Source: Raja brachyura (taxonomy: Eukaryota). From it: a DNA stretch of 64,000 nt. Shown in pieces: positions 47,355 through 59,802 of the stretch. The position numbers and the translations under genes are program-made. The first letter of the stretch is position 1. Each line of letters begins with the position of its first letter. Below the pieces are notes generated by a model. It was given only the letters and a program-made list of their open reading frames with translations. It searched no databases and was not told the origin of the DNA. The stretch is taken from NCBI GenBank assembly GCA_963514005.1, contig OY740783.1:46376001-46440000 (forward strand). Reading direction: 5' to 3'.

Positions 47355-47860
47355 CAGTGTACTTCAGCCTAGTTGAACAAATCTCCCCCCATGCAAAGTC
47401 CCAACATTCGAGACCGTGAACCTTTGTTGTACTCCTTTTATGGCAAGTGTATCTGTTCTTAAATAAAGCGACCAAAACAGCATATAATACTTTTGATGTG
47501 GTCTCAGAGGTCCTGAATAATTGAAGTAGGTTATCGTCAATGCTGTACTCAAAAGCGCTTGCTATAAAGGCCAATGTACTATTTGCTTTCTTCGCTGTAT
47601 CATGATTCGCTGTGAATTCTGATTTGAGATAAATTGATGACATTAGCCTTAACAATACCAAAAGACTTGCCATCCTACTCAGAGCATCCTCATTATCTGT
47701 GAGAAAACAGTTGGGTTTCCACAGTACAGATATTCACATTAAGCTGCATTGCCAATGCATTTGTCCACTTCATCAACATGTCTAATTTACCTTGAAGCTT
47801 CTTTGTCTTCTTCTCATGGCTCACAATCTCATCCAATTGCATGTGTTGACAAACTTAAAA
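47318..47860 (-). mobile_element. Old CR1 ORF2 fragment
   Basis: KKANSTLAFIASAFEY..LLQL, RPHQKYYMLFWSLYLRTDTLAIKGVQQRFT. Confidence 0.75.
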
Positions 47861-47947
47861 ATATCACACCTGATTCTGATGATGTTTCACAATGAAGGGA
47901 ATGGCTGATGCTCAACTCCTAATCCCTGCGATATACTAGTAACCTTA

Positions 47948-48656
47948 AGGGCTTGTCCCACTTAGGCGATTTTTCAGCGGACTGCCGGCGACTATCAAGT
48001 TTGCGGCACTCGCCTGAAAAACCGGGAACTGGAACGGCGACTGTCACAGTGGACCACACACACGCAAACGCATCGCAAAGGCGGGGGCCAGGGAAAGCGG
48101 GGGAGCGCTGTCTGAAATTTACATGGTGCAAAGCCAAGGTGATACAGCCACACACCACGATGAACAGAAAGGTTAAGATGGCTAGCACACTATACAGTAA
48201 GTTATTTAAAAGAGGGGGGAGGGGGAGAGAGAAGGGGGGAGAAGGAGTGGAGACACTTTTAAGAAGCCAGACAACTTTTAATAAGCCATAGGTACACCGG
48301 TCGGTTATCCTTGCTTCTGAAAACTCGGGCTTACGTTTTGTTTCCCTAATGAGCCAATAAAAATGCCCGGTCAGCAAAGGCGATTAACTAAAACTACATG
48401 ACGACCCCACTACAACTGCACCTACGACTACACGATTATCGATTTTCTCCATTGTGACTAATTTTGCAAATGGGCGAAAACTTGCGGCGACCGCACTGAG
48501 GCCGTGACTAGTTCCCAGAATGCGGGAACTCCTCGCGACCATGAAGGACACTCACCAGAGACCACCAGTGAACATGTGGCAACCGTGTGGCGATCATGAG
48601 ACGAGCGTAGAGTTTCCTGCACTCGCCTAAAAAGTCGCCTAAGTGGGACAGGCCCT
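47948..48656. mobile_element. PIF/Harbinger-type MITE (709 bp), TTA TSD
   Basis: TTA|AGGGCTTGTCCCACTTAGGCGATTTTT ... AAAAAGTCGCCTAAGTGGGACAGGCCCT|TTA. Interior is homologous to 33727-34438. Confidence 0.9.
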
Positions 48657-48984
48657 TTATGCCACCAGGAAAAGATTTCATTCTTAAATTAATGTGAAAG
48701 GAGCAGAATTAGGCCATTAAGCCCATCAAGTCTACTCTACCATTCAATCAAGGCTGATCTATCTTTCCCTCTCAACCCCATTCTCCTGCCTTCTCCCCAT
48801 AACTGACGCCTGTGCTAATCAAAATTCCTATTCTCTGGTTCCTATTAGTCAATTAATTTTCAATCCATGCCAATCCCTACAGCACATTCAGGGGCTTTAT
48901 TACCGTTGATTTTGAATGAAACATACGATTTGTACAACAATTCTATGATGATCATCTGAAGCTTGGTAATGGTGCCTGTATTGA

Positions 48985-49200
48985 CGGCCAATCAGACACA
49001 GTCTCCAAGGGGCGTTGTGACCAATCACCGACCAGCTTCCCTTAAAATTCCCATCCAATCAACAAAATCGGTCTCCTCCCGTCCAATCAGCTGCTGTCTG
49101 CAAGGGCAATGTGTCCAATCACATAATGCGCTGGTCACTCGGCGGCCAATCAGACACATTCTCCGAAGGGCATTGTGACCAATCACCAACCTGCTTCCCT
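48985..49200 (+). promoter_or_regulatory. Phased cluster of seven CCAAT (NF-Y-type) boxes
   Basis: CCAATCA at 48988, 49021, 49055, 49083, 49115, 49146 and 49179 (spacing 33,34,28,32,31,33). The first two units are duplicated as the last two. Confidence 0.55.
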
Positions 49201-52039
49201 CACCGAAGCAGACGATGGCTAGAGCAACAGAGAGAGAGAGAGAGATGCAAGAAAGCAGCTATGACATGTAATACACAATAAACTGTATTACAAATACACA
49301 ATAAACAAGTTATGCATTCTTGTACTCTTACATGGGTATGACTGCACATAACACCCCCCCCCCCCCCCTTCCGAACCTCAGCCTCACGGATCTTAGCGTA
49401 CCCCTAGTTCCTAAAACCCATTTCCATCACTGCCTAGGGACACTAGGTATGGGAGTCACTGTCACGTTGATTTTCATAAGTTAATTGTGCATTCTTGATC
49501 AGATTTAACAGATCAAGTAGGTTCCATTAAAGCCTGGATTTGAGCCATGAAGCAACATGGCATATTGAATTAATAAGCTCTGTCCTGTATATTGAATTCA
49601 TAAGCTCTGCCCTGTATATAAGACACAGAAATCTTTTCTGCTTCACGACAACATCAACACAAAGCAAATCCTTGTAGTCTAAATCCAAAGTGCTTGACAG
49701 AGAGTTCAGCCAGCTCCTTGAAGAGAAAACTCAAGGCAATCAAAATAGAATGGTTATCTCAGAGATCATATGGACAAAATGTAGGCTGCCTTATTACATA
49801 GGCATGCTGAAATGAGAATACAAATATCCTATGCCTCGTTACTCCATCCAGAGATACAGATCTTAGATGCTTTTAAAAAGAGAGTATTTAAATTGTTTAT
49901 TATCTTGAGAGCAATTGTTACAATTTGTAGCATTTTATTGCAGCCCATGTTGAAGTATATAGTCCTCTAACAATCAACTACTGAACCACAGACTAACTTG
50001 TAAGATGCTAGAAGTAGCATTTCATTCAAGGATTTTATTATTTTTAAACAGATTTACTTGATGTGGACATAACCACACAGCAGTTTAAAAATCTGGGCTG
50101 ACAGATGGCACAATAACTTGGTGAGTGCTGCAGAATATTAAACAACTAATTTATTTCAAGCAGCCCTTCTAGACAGTGCACCTTTTGCATAACCAACAGT
50201 AAATGTATTTTTTTTTCAGTGAGAAATGAAGTGTTGACATTTGCAGACACACAAATAAATCTAATGCAGCCAATGAAATTGGCCCAGCACTAACATAGAC
50301 TTTGGTTTCTTTATCTTCCAGGTGGAGGTAACAAAGAACTTGTCGCATTTAACATTTCATACTTCATCTGTCAAATCAGATAGTACAGCAGGCAAATTGG
50401 TGCTTTTATAAAATATCTGGCCACCAAGGTCACTGAGAGAATATTTTGCAGCAGAATCCACTGTAGTCTAGGTTCAGAGAATTCTAAAATTGTTCATATT
50501 CTCCAAATGCATACGTTTAAAAAAAAGCACAAAAAAACCTCATGATTTTTTAATGTTGCAGCATACCTTAAATTATTAATAGGAAGAGTAAAAGCACTGC
50601 TAGAATATTTAGTCAAAGAGTGGGATATGGGATGAAGACATGGGTCAAGGAGGAGAAGAGAGAAATTAATTGCCTGTATTTACTAAATTATTTAGTTTCT
50701 GGATGTAACAAATTAATAATTTCTTCCCAATTTTTACACTGAGAGGCAGCTATGAAAGAAGCCCAAAAATAAACAAGTAGTCACTGTAGGGGATCTAAAA
50801 AAAACTCAAGACTGAACTTAAACATTTAAACATTGTAATCATGAGCTTGATTCTGAAATACCTTTTTTTCCAGTTCCACAAAGGTTAATACAGAAGGGAT
50901 TTTTTTTAAATTAATCACAGTTAATACCAACAGTTAATACCAACAGTTTGATACTTCATGGATGGGTTTTAGAAATGTTTAAATTGGAACCCCATGGTGC
51001 TCCCAAAATTAACCGCATTGTAAATAAGCTTCTGATTTGTACCACTGGGAAAAGGGTTAGAGATTAACCCAGCTTGATGCCTCATCTTCAAACTAAGACT
51101 TGAATTCTCAAAGGAAACACAAAGACCTATATGTCTGATAGTTTCAACAAGATTTACTTAAGCCAACATATCAGAAAGAAAAAAAAATTAAGCATAAATG
51201 AGCAGCAGTTCCAACCTATCAACTTGTTAAGCCTTAAGAAGCAGAAAATGCTTATTCAGGAAAAGACAACTGGCACTACTTTAAATTATATCCAATTTTT
51301 CAATTCAAGCAACTTAATTCTTTGATGTCATCTTGAACAATTTTAGGATTTCATTCCAAGTTAATTAGAGAAAAGTGAAAGCTGTGCAAAATTTAAAACA
51401 TATTTAATCATCCCAATTATGTTTAAAGTGCTCTTTCAAATAGTTTTTGAAGAAAACCTCCAGTAACAAATTCAAAAAATCCTATATGAAGCTGTGAAAT
51501 AAGCTGTCAATTCTTATTTTGTTTCCCAGATTGTATAAACTCTTGAAAGTCAAATCACTGTTACCTTTAAATAAAAGAAAACTGGTAGGAAGGTGTTACA
51601 AATAACTTAACATTTGCTCCTGAAAAATACTTTGGTGCATTTACTTTGTTCTCTTGAAACCACACAGAAATGTTTTGCAGATGTTCTTAAACTGTCCCAG
51701 CATTCAATTTACAGCAGACTTGGTTCTGAACAATAAGAATAAGACATCAGGAAAAAGCATGAAGTGAAAACAAAACCAAAGGATATTAAATAATAAATTG
51801 GTCAAGTTCAAAACAGACAACATTTAAATAAAGCAGCATTAACAAGAGAAAAATATTTAATTAATTTGGTCAAAAAAATCTTGTAGGGGATCAAGTGATC
51901 TATTTTGGGGATTGTATCCATACCCTTGCAGAATCACAGTGGGGTAGAAGTGGGAGTGGGATCATTTACCAGCATTCGTTCCAAAATGACCTGTACATTA
52001 GTTTCTGCGGTCTGGCTAAAATACTTGCATTATATCAAT

Positions 52040-52640
52040 TAGAACACAGAACAGCACAGCACAGGAGCAGGACCTTCAGCGCACCAAGTCTACCCCATCC
52101 AGGCTGCCAATCTAACCAAACGCATCTGCCTGAACATGGACAACATCTCTCTATTCCAAGTCTGTTCATGAACCCATCTAATAAACTCTTAATTATTGCT
52201 ATTGTATCTGCTTCTACCACCTCCCAGATAAAACATCCCATGCACCTAACATTCACATTGTAAAAAATGCCTGGCACATCTCCTTTAAACTCCACCCTGC
52301 CCCCTCACCTTAAACTTACACCTTCTAGTATTTGACATTTCTAACCTGGGAAAAAAGACTCTTACTGTTGACCCTCTGTGCCTCTCACAATTTTACTCAA
52401 TTTAATCAGGTTGCCCCGAAGCCTCCAACACCCCGGAAAAACAATCCAAGTTTGTCCAACCTCTCCATAAAGCTACTGCACTCCAATCTAGGCATCATCT
52501 TGGTGATCCACTTCTACAGCCTCGCCAATGATTCCACATTCTTCTAATAGTGATTCAACCAGAACTGCAGACAGTGCTCAAATGTGATCTAACCAAAACT
52601 TTATGTAGCTGCAAAATGACTTCTCAACTTTTATATTCAA
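52040..52640 (-). mobile_element. CR1 LINE 3' fragment (diverged)
   Basis: WEVVEADTIAIIKSLLDGFM motif, 3'UTR and upstream ORF2 remnants. Confidence 0.75.
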
Positions 52641-53369
52641 GACTTTCAACTACAAAGAACATAAATCTGCTTTAAAAACCCTTGTACATCCTGGAAGTTC
52701 AATCTGGACATTTTCCAAACATGCATTATCAGCACTCGGCTTCCATATTGCAATTTTTCTCTTTATTTTCTACCAATATTGATATACATGTTTTGTAAAA
52801 TAATTTGCAAAAATATTAAGAGGACAAACATCAATCTTTAGTCAAGCAAAATTGATATCATACAAAAAGGCTTTGTGTGCATGTGTTTGATATCAAGAAA
52901 GAGATACATTCCATTTTTTCTGAAGTGACTGCAGTATTGAGTTTGGTTTTGATTATGATTTAACTGAAAGCATTCTATTCAGTTTCTGAATAGAATTCTG
53001 CTTCTGTCCATGAGGGAGTGTGTGGGAGAAATTTTGATGTAAAGAGTGAAAGCTTCCTTTGCTGGTCTAAGTCAAACCAAGCTTCATTTCATTGCTGCCA
53101 GTGAACTGTGGGGGTCTTTCTCTTGCTCACCAGTTAGGGAAGGTTGGATAGTGGCCAACTATTATGCAGAATCAGTGGGCTTCAGAGCGATTCAAGACAT
53201 GGCTTCATGCATGCCAGCAGCGTTCTGGGATTTTTTTTTATAGGTCTGAGAGGTTGATTTCCTCTGAGTTCCCAGAAAGCAAATGTGAAAATCTCTATTT
53301 TTTTTTAATGACCTCCAGCAATCTCCTTAAGGACTGGTAATTTGACCATTTAAAACCCAGTGCAAAGAG

Positions 53370-53502
53370 AAGGAAGGGACTGCAGATGCTGGTTTCTACC
53401 AAAGATACGCACAAAGTGCTGGAGTAACTCAGTGGGTCAGGCAAGATCTCAAAAGCGATGCTGCCTGACCCACTGAGTTACTCCAGCACTTTGTGTCTAT
53501 CT
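53370..53502. mobile_element. Penelope-type palindromic repeat (centre deleted)
   Basis: CACAAAGTGCTGGAGTAACTCAGTGGGTCAGGCA ... TGCCTGACCCACTGAGTTACTCCAGCACTTTGTG, 34-bp perfect arms. Confidence 0.7.
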
Positions 53503-54059
53503 CCAGTGCTATGAGCTATGTGTATGGTGTAAGGCTCATCCATTTCCAGTATACCTGAATTTCAAATTAATGGTCTCACAACTGGCATCGTATCAAAATC
53601 GATATATTTAACATTTCCAAACCCTATTTCAGGTGGGTGTCCTCAATGAAAAATAGTCCTTGGTACAGCCAAATGATTTCAGGGCATTTTCAGGACAAGT
53701 TAAACTCAACATGGACACCAATTCAATTTTTTTTTTCCTTGTGTGTTATTGAAAAGTATTTTAATGCAAACTGAAAGATAAATTTAAGCAGCTGACTGTC
53801 CAGCTTGGAGCTGGCTAACACCGCAAAATGGTAAATGTAATGGTTGCAGAGATTACTGAGAAATTTACAAAGGAATGCTGCTAAACCAAAGATCCTATTA
53901 CCAAGGATCCCAATGTGAAATGTCGCCAATCCATTCCTTCTACAAATGTGACCTGACCTGCTGAGTTACTCCAGCACATTGTGTTTTGCTCAGGATTCCA
54001 GCATCAACAGTTCCTTGTGTCACCACAGAATTATCTGGCCTGTTCCCATCATAAATTCA

Positions 54060-54650
54060 CAAGTCCTAGGAGTAGAATTAGGCCATTCAGCCCGAGTCCA
54101 CTCCATCATTCAATCATGGCTGATCACTGCCTCCTAATCCCATTTTCCTGCCATCTACCCTTAACCCTTGACACCCGTTCTAATCAAGAATTTGTCTGTC
54201 TCTGCCTTAAAAATATCCACTGACTTGGCCTCCACAGCCCTCTGTGGCAATGAGTTTCACAGATTAACCACCTTCTGACTAAAAAAATACCTCCGCACCT
54301 CCTTTCTAAAAAAGATCCTTTAATTCTGAGGCAATGACCTCTGGTCCGAAACTCTCCCACCAGTGGAAACATTCTTTCCACATCCACTCTATCTATGCCT
54401 TTTATTATTCTATATATTCTCAGTTTCAATGAGGTTCCCCCTCAACTTTCTAAACTCCAGCAAGTAGAGGCCCAGCGCTGTCAAATGCTCATCATATGCT
54501 AACCCACTCATTCCTGGAATCATTTTTGTAAACCTCTGGGCCCTCTCCAGAGCCAGCACATCCTTCCTCAGATATGGGGCCCACATTTCCTCACAGTACT
54601 TCAAATACTCTATAAGACCAGCGCCTTATAGTGCCTCAGCATTACATCTC
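54060..54650 (-). mobile_element. CR1 LINE 3' fragment
   Basis: WAPYLRKDVLALER..RFTKMIPGMSGLAY..LGLYLLEFRKLRGNLIE; MFPLVGEFRTRGH. Confidence 0.9.
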
Positions 54651-55404
54651 ATTCCTCACCCTCATTGCTGACACACATGAGAAATTCACCACTGTAGTAA
54701 CCTCCAAATTCACCCAACAGTTCTTGCAAGGTCAAGGCAATGGCACATAATGGCGCATCTAACATCTCTATAGTTGTGCTATCATAAGCAAACTGTGCAT
54801 CGTGCAACTAAACCATGACATTTTCCTCATAGTTACAAAATATCGGATAGCAAGAATTTTCATCTTGGATGCAATTAGCAATTAAAACGTACTAGACATC
54901 TCTTGATGCACTTAATATACAACTGTCATATCCATGAGAAGGTTAAAATATTTTAATCAGAATCTAATTTAATGCCTCCAATAATGTTACAAAATACAGA
55001 ATAATTTACTATTTACGTCATAAAATCAGCTTCTTACTAAATTAAAATGCATTAAAACTTACCTTCTTAATCCACCAAAAAGTTGTTTAATTTTAAGAGA
55101 CTTTGTAAATCCCTTCCTTAAGCGTGTGAAATTAGCAGAAAATCTCACTGGTGATTTATTCTATCTTAAGTTACGGCCAATTTCCTAGCAAAATGATTGA
55201 TGTATTTGTGCTCTTAATTACTAGCTTCACCAATTTTAATCGTAGGAAAAAGTAGAATAAAGCAATTGGATAGAAATTAATTTACGTTGACATATTTTAT
55301 TAAGTTATGGAAGGAACTCCTGCCAATGCTCAGATCAATTTAATTTCCCCCAAATGGTGTCTCCAAACTGTTCTCCCCATCAACTCTACTACCAACATAC
55401 TTTA

Positions 55405-55940
55405 AGGGCCTGTCCTACCAGCATGCGACTCCATGCGGTGAGAGCGACCTAACGTGGTCACTTGAGCCGTCCGGCCTCGCGGGTCCGGTCCCACTTCGAT
55501 CGCCGGAGCCGTATGGAGTTGTGCAGAGCTGGTCCCGACATCGCGCGGGGCTCCGAAAAACTGACCGTGTTCGCAGTCGTCTCGACGCATTACGCACCGC
55601 CTCGACGTCGTGCCTCCGTGACCCTCTCTATATGTGCCTCCGTCACCCTCTCTGTGTGTGCCTCCATGACCCTCTCTATATGTGCTTCCGTGCCCCTCTC
55701 TGTGTGTCCCTCTCTGTCCTTGAGAACTTACCTTGCGGACTTCGCTCCAACTTCGTGCCACGTCGCGCCACTCACCCGACCTCCGCGCGGCCCCCGCTGC
55801 CGGTTTGGTTGCGCTCGCCGCATGCAGGCGCATGCTGGTGGGACCGGCCCTGTACAGGGATCATCCAACCTCCGCGCGGCCCCCGCTTCCAGTTTGGTCG
55901 CGCTCACCGCATGGAGTCGGATGCTGGTAGGACAGGACCT
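55405..55940. mobile_element. PIF/Harbinger-type MITE (536 bp), TTA TSD, nested in a minus-strand SINE (to about 56140)
   Basis: TTA|AGGGCCTGTCCTACCAGCATGCGACTCCATGCGGTGAGAGCGACC ... GGTCGCGCTCACCGCATGGAGTCGGATGCTGGTAGGACAGGACCT|TTA. Internal 24-bp tandem units. Confidence 0.9.
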
Positions 55941-56839
55941 TTAGGGGGAATTTACAGTGGCCAATTAACATTAATCAGCATGTCTTTAGGATGGGAGAGA
56001 ACACTGGAGCACCTGAAAGAAACCCTCACTAGTACAAGAGAATATGCAAACTCCACACAGACAGCTCCAGAGGTCAAGATTGAACCCACTACACTGGTAC
56101 TATGAGGCAGCAACATCTTTCAGCTGCACCACTGTGCCACTAAAGATAGACACAAATTGCTGGATTAATTCAGCGGGTCAATGAGCATCTAGGGAGAAAG
56201 GGAATAGGTAATTGAACATCCACAGATATAATCATATTACCACAAAATTGCAACTGTTTTATCCCATGCTCCCCTTGTTGCTCAGGCAATTGCTAGGAAA
56301 CCAATCGTACCAATGCACTTGTGGTGATGATAACCAAATCAGGAACAGTGCTATGAAATTCTGATTACCATTCACTGATCTATCATAGAAATGAAGTTCC
56401 TGGAAGAGATCAGCCCATCTGTTCCATCAGAATTTCATTAGTCTTTACAACTACTGCAAGTTGTATAACCAATGCAGTATCTTGCAAATGTTGTGAGCAG
56501 TAGCCCTGTTTGTATTCAGTCTAAGAGGACCAAAAGCAGTGAAATAAATGTTTTTTTGCCAGCTGCTGCAGCCTGAAAACTGGATGAGAGAACTGAAAAG
56601 ACACGAAGAATGTGATAATTAGAAAGACAGGCAGCCAACCATGTAAACAGTGCCTTTTTGTGCCCTCACGACACCCAAAAACCCGTTACAACCAATTTTA
56701 AGTGTTTCTGATGTGTCGGCTTCATGCAAGAAAAAAAACAACAAATTCAACATCTAGCTGCAAGATCGTTTCAGATACCTTATCCCTTACATTCTCTCTT
56801 GATTTTTCATCATTTCAACTTAAGCAGTTTTTGATGCCA

Positions 56840-57315
56840 CTGGACAAAGTGTGACCCGTTGGGTCCCTGTCACACGGTAGGCCTGGTCCCCCAACACAAC
56901 CCGTTCTCCAATGCAATATTCCACCACTCACCCGTTCCCCCAATGCAACCCGTCCCCCCCCCCACAACGCAATATTGTACCACTCACGCATAGCCCCAAC
57001 TGCGCAGGCACGGTTTATTTCCCCTCATCCCCAACACGCACTCCCCCTCCTCTTCACCCTCCCTCTTCTTTCACTCTCCTCCTCCCCTCCCCCAATCCCT
57101 CCCTCACCTCCCCTTTCTCCTACCCTCAGTGACTCCCTCCCTCCATAACTACTCTCCTCTCCCTACTCCCCTCCTATCCCTCTATCCCCCACTCCTCATC
57201 TCCCCCTATCCCCCCCACTATCCCTCCTGACCTCCCACTCTACCCTCCTCTCTCTCTATTCCCCACTCTCTACCTTCCCCCACTTCCTCCCCCCTCACTC
57301 TCCTCACCTCCCCCA
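56840..57315 (-). mobile_element. Non-autonomous Helitron-like element, 3' part
   Basis: Minus 3' end: hairpin GGGACCCAACGGGTCAC, then ACTTTGT-CCAG|T. Same end as 58170. Interior is C/T low-complexity sequence. Confidence 0.55.
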
Positions 57316-57559
57316 TGGTGAGTATTAAGGTTCCTGATTCTTCATGATAGGTCTCTACATCTTACACATCTCCAGTATGTGAGTGAAAAGGTAATTTTCC
57401 AAGATATAATGTCCATCTCACACTTGACTTATTAAGTACAGCTGTTAGATTCATAGCTAGAAAATAATCTGTTCTCCCCAGCCCAAGAGAATATAAACAA
57501 TGGTAACTTTCAGTAAAAAGGTATGAAATACTATGATGGAATGGAATCAAAGCTGCAAA

Positions 57560-57902
57560 GCTCCTTTCCTTTCTCCCATCAGGCAAAAAAGTATAGGTGT
57601 GCAAAAGGCACATCTCCAGATTCAGGGACAGTTTCTACCTAGCTGTTATCAGGCAACTGAACCATCCTACCAGCAGTCCTGCACTATTATATACCTCTTT
57701 GGAGACCCTTGGACTATCTTTGGTCAGACTTTAATTGCTTTATCTTGCACTAAACGTTATTCACGTTATTCCCTTTATCGTGTATCTCTACACTGTGGAT
57801 GGCTCGATTGTAATCACGTATTGTCCATCCGCTAATTGGCAACAAAATGGCACCAAAAGCTTTTCCCTGCACCTCGATACATGTGACAATAAACTAAACT
57901 CA
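57560..57902 (+). mobile_element. Rex1/Babar- or L2-like LINE 3' end
   Basis: CTCCCATCAGGCAAAAAGTATAGG (LPSGKxYR) ... TTC.GGGACAGTTTCT.CC.AGCTGTTATCAGG; tail GTGACAATAAACTAAACT. Confidence 0.75.
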
Positions 57903-58169
57903 AAATGTGGTATCAGTTACTATAATCAGTTAATATTACAATCTTCTGATGATTACCTGTTCCAATTGCAATAATTCCTCTTTGCAATAAAGAGTTTAGG
58001 TCAAATGGATCTTTTATAACTCCAAAATAAACGTACATTTTCCATAATGTCCATGCACAAGCAATCATTACTCTTTACATCAGATGGTTCATGCAGTGTT
58101 ATTAATTTAGTCCTAATACTAAAATTCAAGAAATAAGTCTTATTTATATATATAGTATATATATATATA

Positions 58170-59802
58170 CTAAACCAAGTGGGACCCGTTGGGTCCCGTC
58201 CCCTCAACACACGGTTGTGGGGGGAGGGGGCGGCCTGCATCATCACAAACACACTAACCAACCTATCACACACACACACTAACCACCCCCTACACACACA
58301 TACTAACCACCCCCATTGATATTATATTAATATTATTCATTCACTCCTTTTACCCTATCCCCCGCCCTATCCACATGCAAAGCCCCCAACTCACAGGTGC
58401 GGCTAGAGAGGCAGGGGGGTAGGAAGAGAGGGACACAGAGGCACAGAGAGGGACACAGTGGCACACGGAGGGACACCGACGCACAGAGAGGAACACAGAG
58501 GCACAGAGAGGGACACCGACTCACAGATAGGGACACAGAGGCACAGGGAGGGACACAGTGGCACAGGGAGGGACACAGAGGCACAAAGAGGGATACAGAC
58601 GCACAGAGAGGGACACAGACGCACAGAGAGGGACACAGATGCACAGAAAAGGACACAGAGGCACAGAGAGGGCCACAGAGGCGCAGGGAGGGACACAGAG
58701 GCACAGAGAGGGACACAGAGGCACAAAGAGGGATATAGACGCACAGAGAGGGACACAGATGCACAGAGAGGGACACAGAGGCACAGAGAGGAACACAGAG
58801 GCACAGAGAGGGACACAGAGGCACAGAGAGGAACACAGAGGCACAGAGAGGAACACAGAGGCACAGAGAGGGACACAGAGGCACAGAGAGGAACACAGAG
58901 GTACACAGAGGTTAACAACCACAGAGAGGGACACAGAGGTGCACAGAGGGACACAGAGACACAGAGAGGGGAAGAGGCACAGAGAGGGTGCGGGGGGGCA
59001 GAGAGGGAGAGGGTAGTGTTTGAGGGGTGGGGGGTGGGGCTGCATCGTCACAGGGGAGGGCTGGTTCCTGAACCTTGCTCCAGGCTGCAGGCAGGGCCCA
59101 AGTACGGGGGGAATGGTCAGGGGGGGGGCGGGGGTAACGTCACTCGCAGCGCGAGCAAGAAGACAGTGGGGTTTTTTCAAAGGTTTTTCGGCTGCGATGG
59201 ACCGGACCCGAGAGCTCTAGTACAGAGCCTGACTTGCTCGTTCTTCACTCGTAGAGCGTGGCGCAGTCGTCAGCTACGATCTTTGGTCTTCAGTCAACAG
59301 GGCAACTTTTGTATAATGGGCCTGTCCCACCAGCATGCAACTCTATAGGATGAACGCGATCAAACTACAAGCAGGGGCCACGCGGAGGTCGGGTGATCCC
59401 CTATACAGGGCCGTTCCCACCAGCATGCGCCTACATGCGGCAAGCGCAACCAAACCAGCAGTAGGGGCCGCGCGGAGGTTGGGTGAGTGGCGCAACGTGG
59501 CGCAAAGTGAGGCGAACTTGGAGCGAAGTCTAAGGTAAGTTCGCCAGGACAGAGAGGGGCACACAGAGAGGGGCACCGAGGCACACACACACATAGGGCC
59601 ACGGATTTGTGAAAATTTTTATTAATAACTCACGAAATAAAGCACAACATTTTCAGATAAGCCGATTTCGGACTCCAGGGGGTAAATCTTTACCGGAATA
59701 TGTAAAAATTTCCCGTTCGCGCGTTGTTTTTTCAAGATGATGTGGTGAAAACACACAAACACACACACACGCACACAAACACAAGTTTTATAGTTATAAG
59801 GA
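58170..59802 (-). mobile_element. Non-autonomous Helitron-like element containing a minisatellite and a captured MITE fragment
   Basis: Minus strand: 5' end A|TCCTTATAACTATAAAAC followed by (TG)n. 3' end is a perfect hairpin GGGACCC-AAC-GGGTCCC, then ACTTGGT-TTAG|T. Inserted between A and T with no TSD. Confidence 0.7.
58425..58990. repeat. 20-bp purine-rich minisatellite (GCACAGAGAGGGACACAGAG)n
   Basis: More than 25 tandem units with a 10-bp sub-period. It produces the spurious repetitive ORFs at 58333-59348. Confidence 0.95.

Noticed and set aside
49561-49620. 27-bp tandem duplication (also a 13-bp one at about 50918 and a 46-bp one at 26764)
   Set aside because: Ordinary slippage or microhomology duplications with no sign of function.
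55057-55130. Minus-strand donor AAG|GTAAGT as a DTWD2 exon end
   Set aside because: The upstream sequence does not translate to anything DTWD2-like.
55402-56105. GC-rich ORFs of 143-194 aa, and similar ORFs at 47919-48377 and 3904-4236
   Set aside because: They lie within non-autonomous repeats, stay open because of GC content, and show no recognisable domain.
58333-59348. Long ORFs (113-296 aa) on both strands
   Set aside because: Translations of the 20-bp minisatellite; no domain signal.
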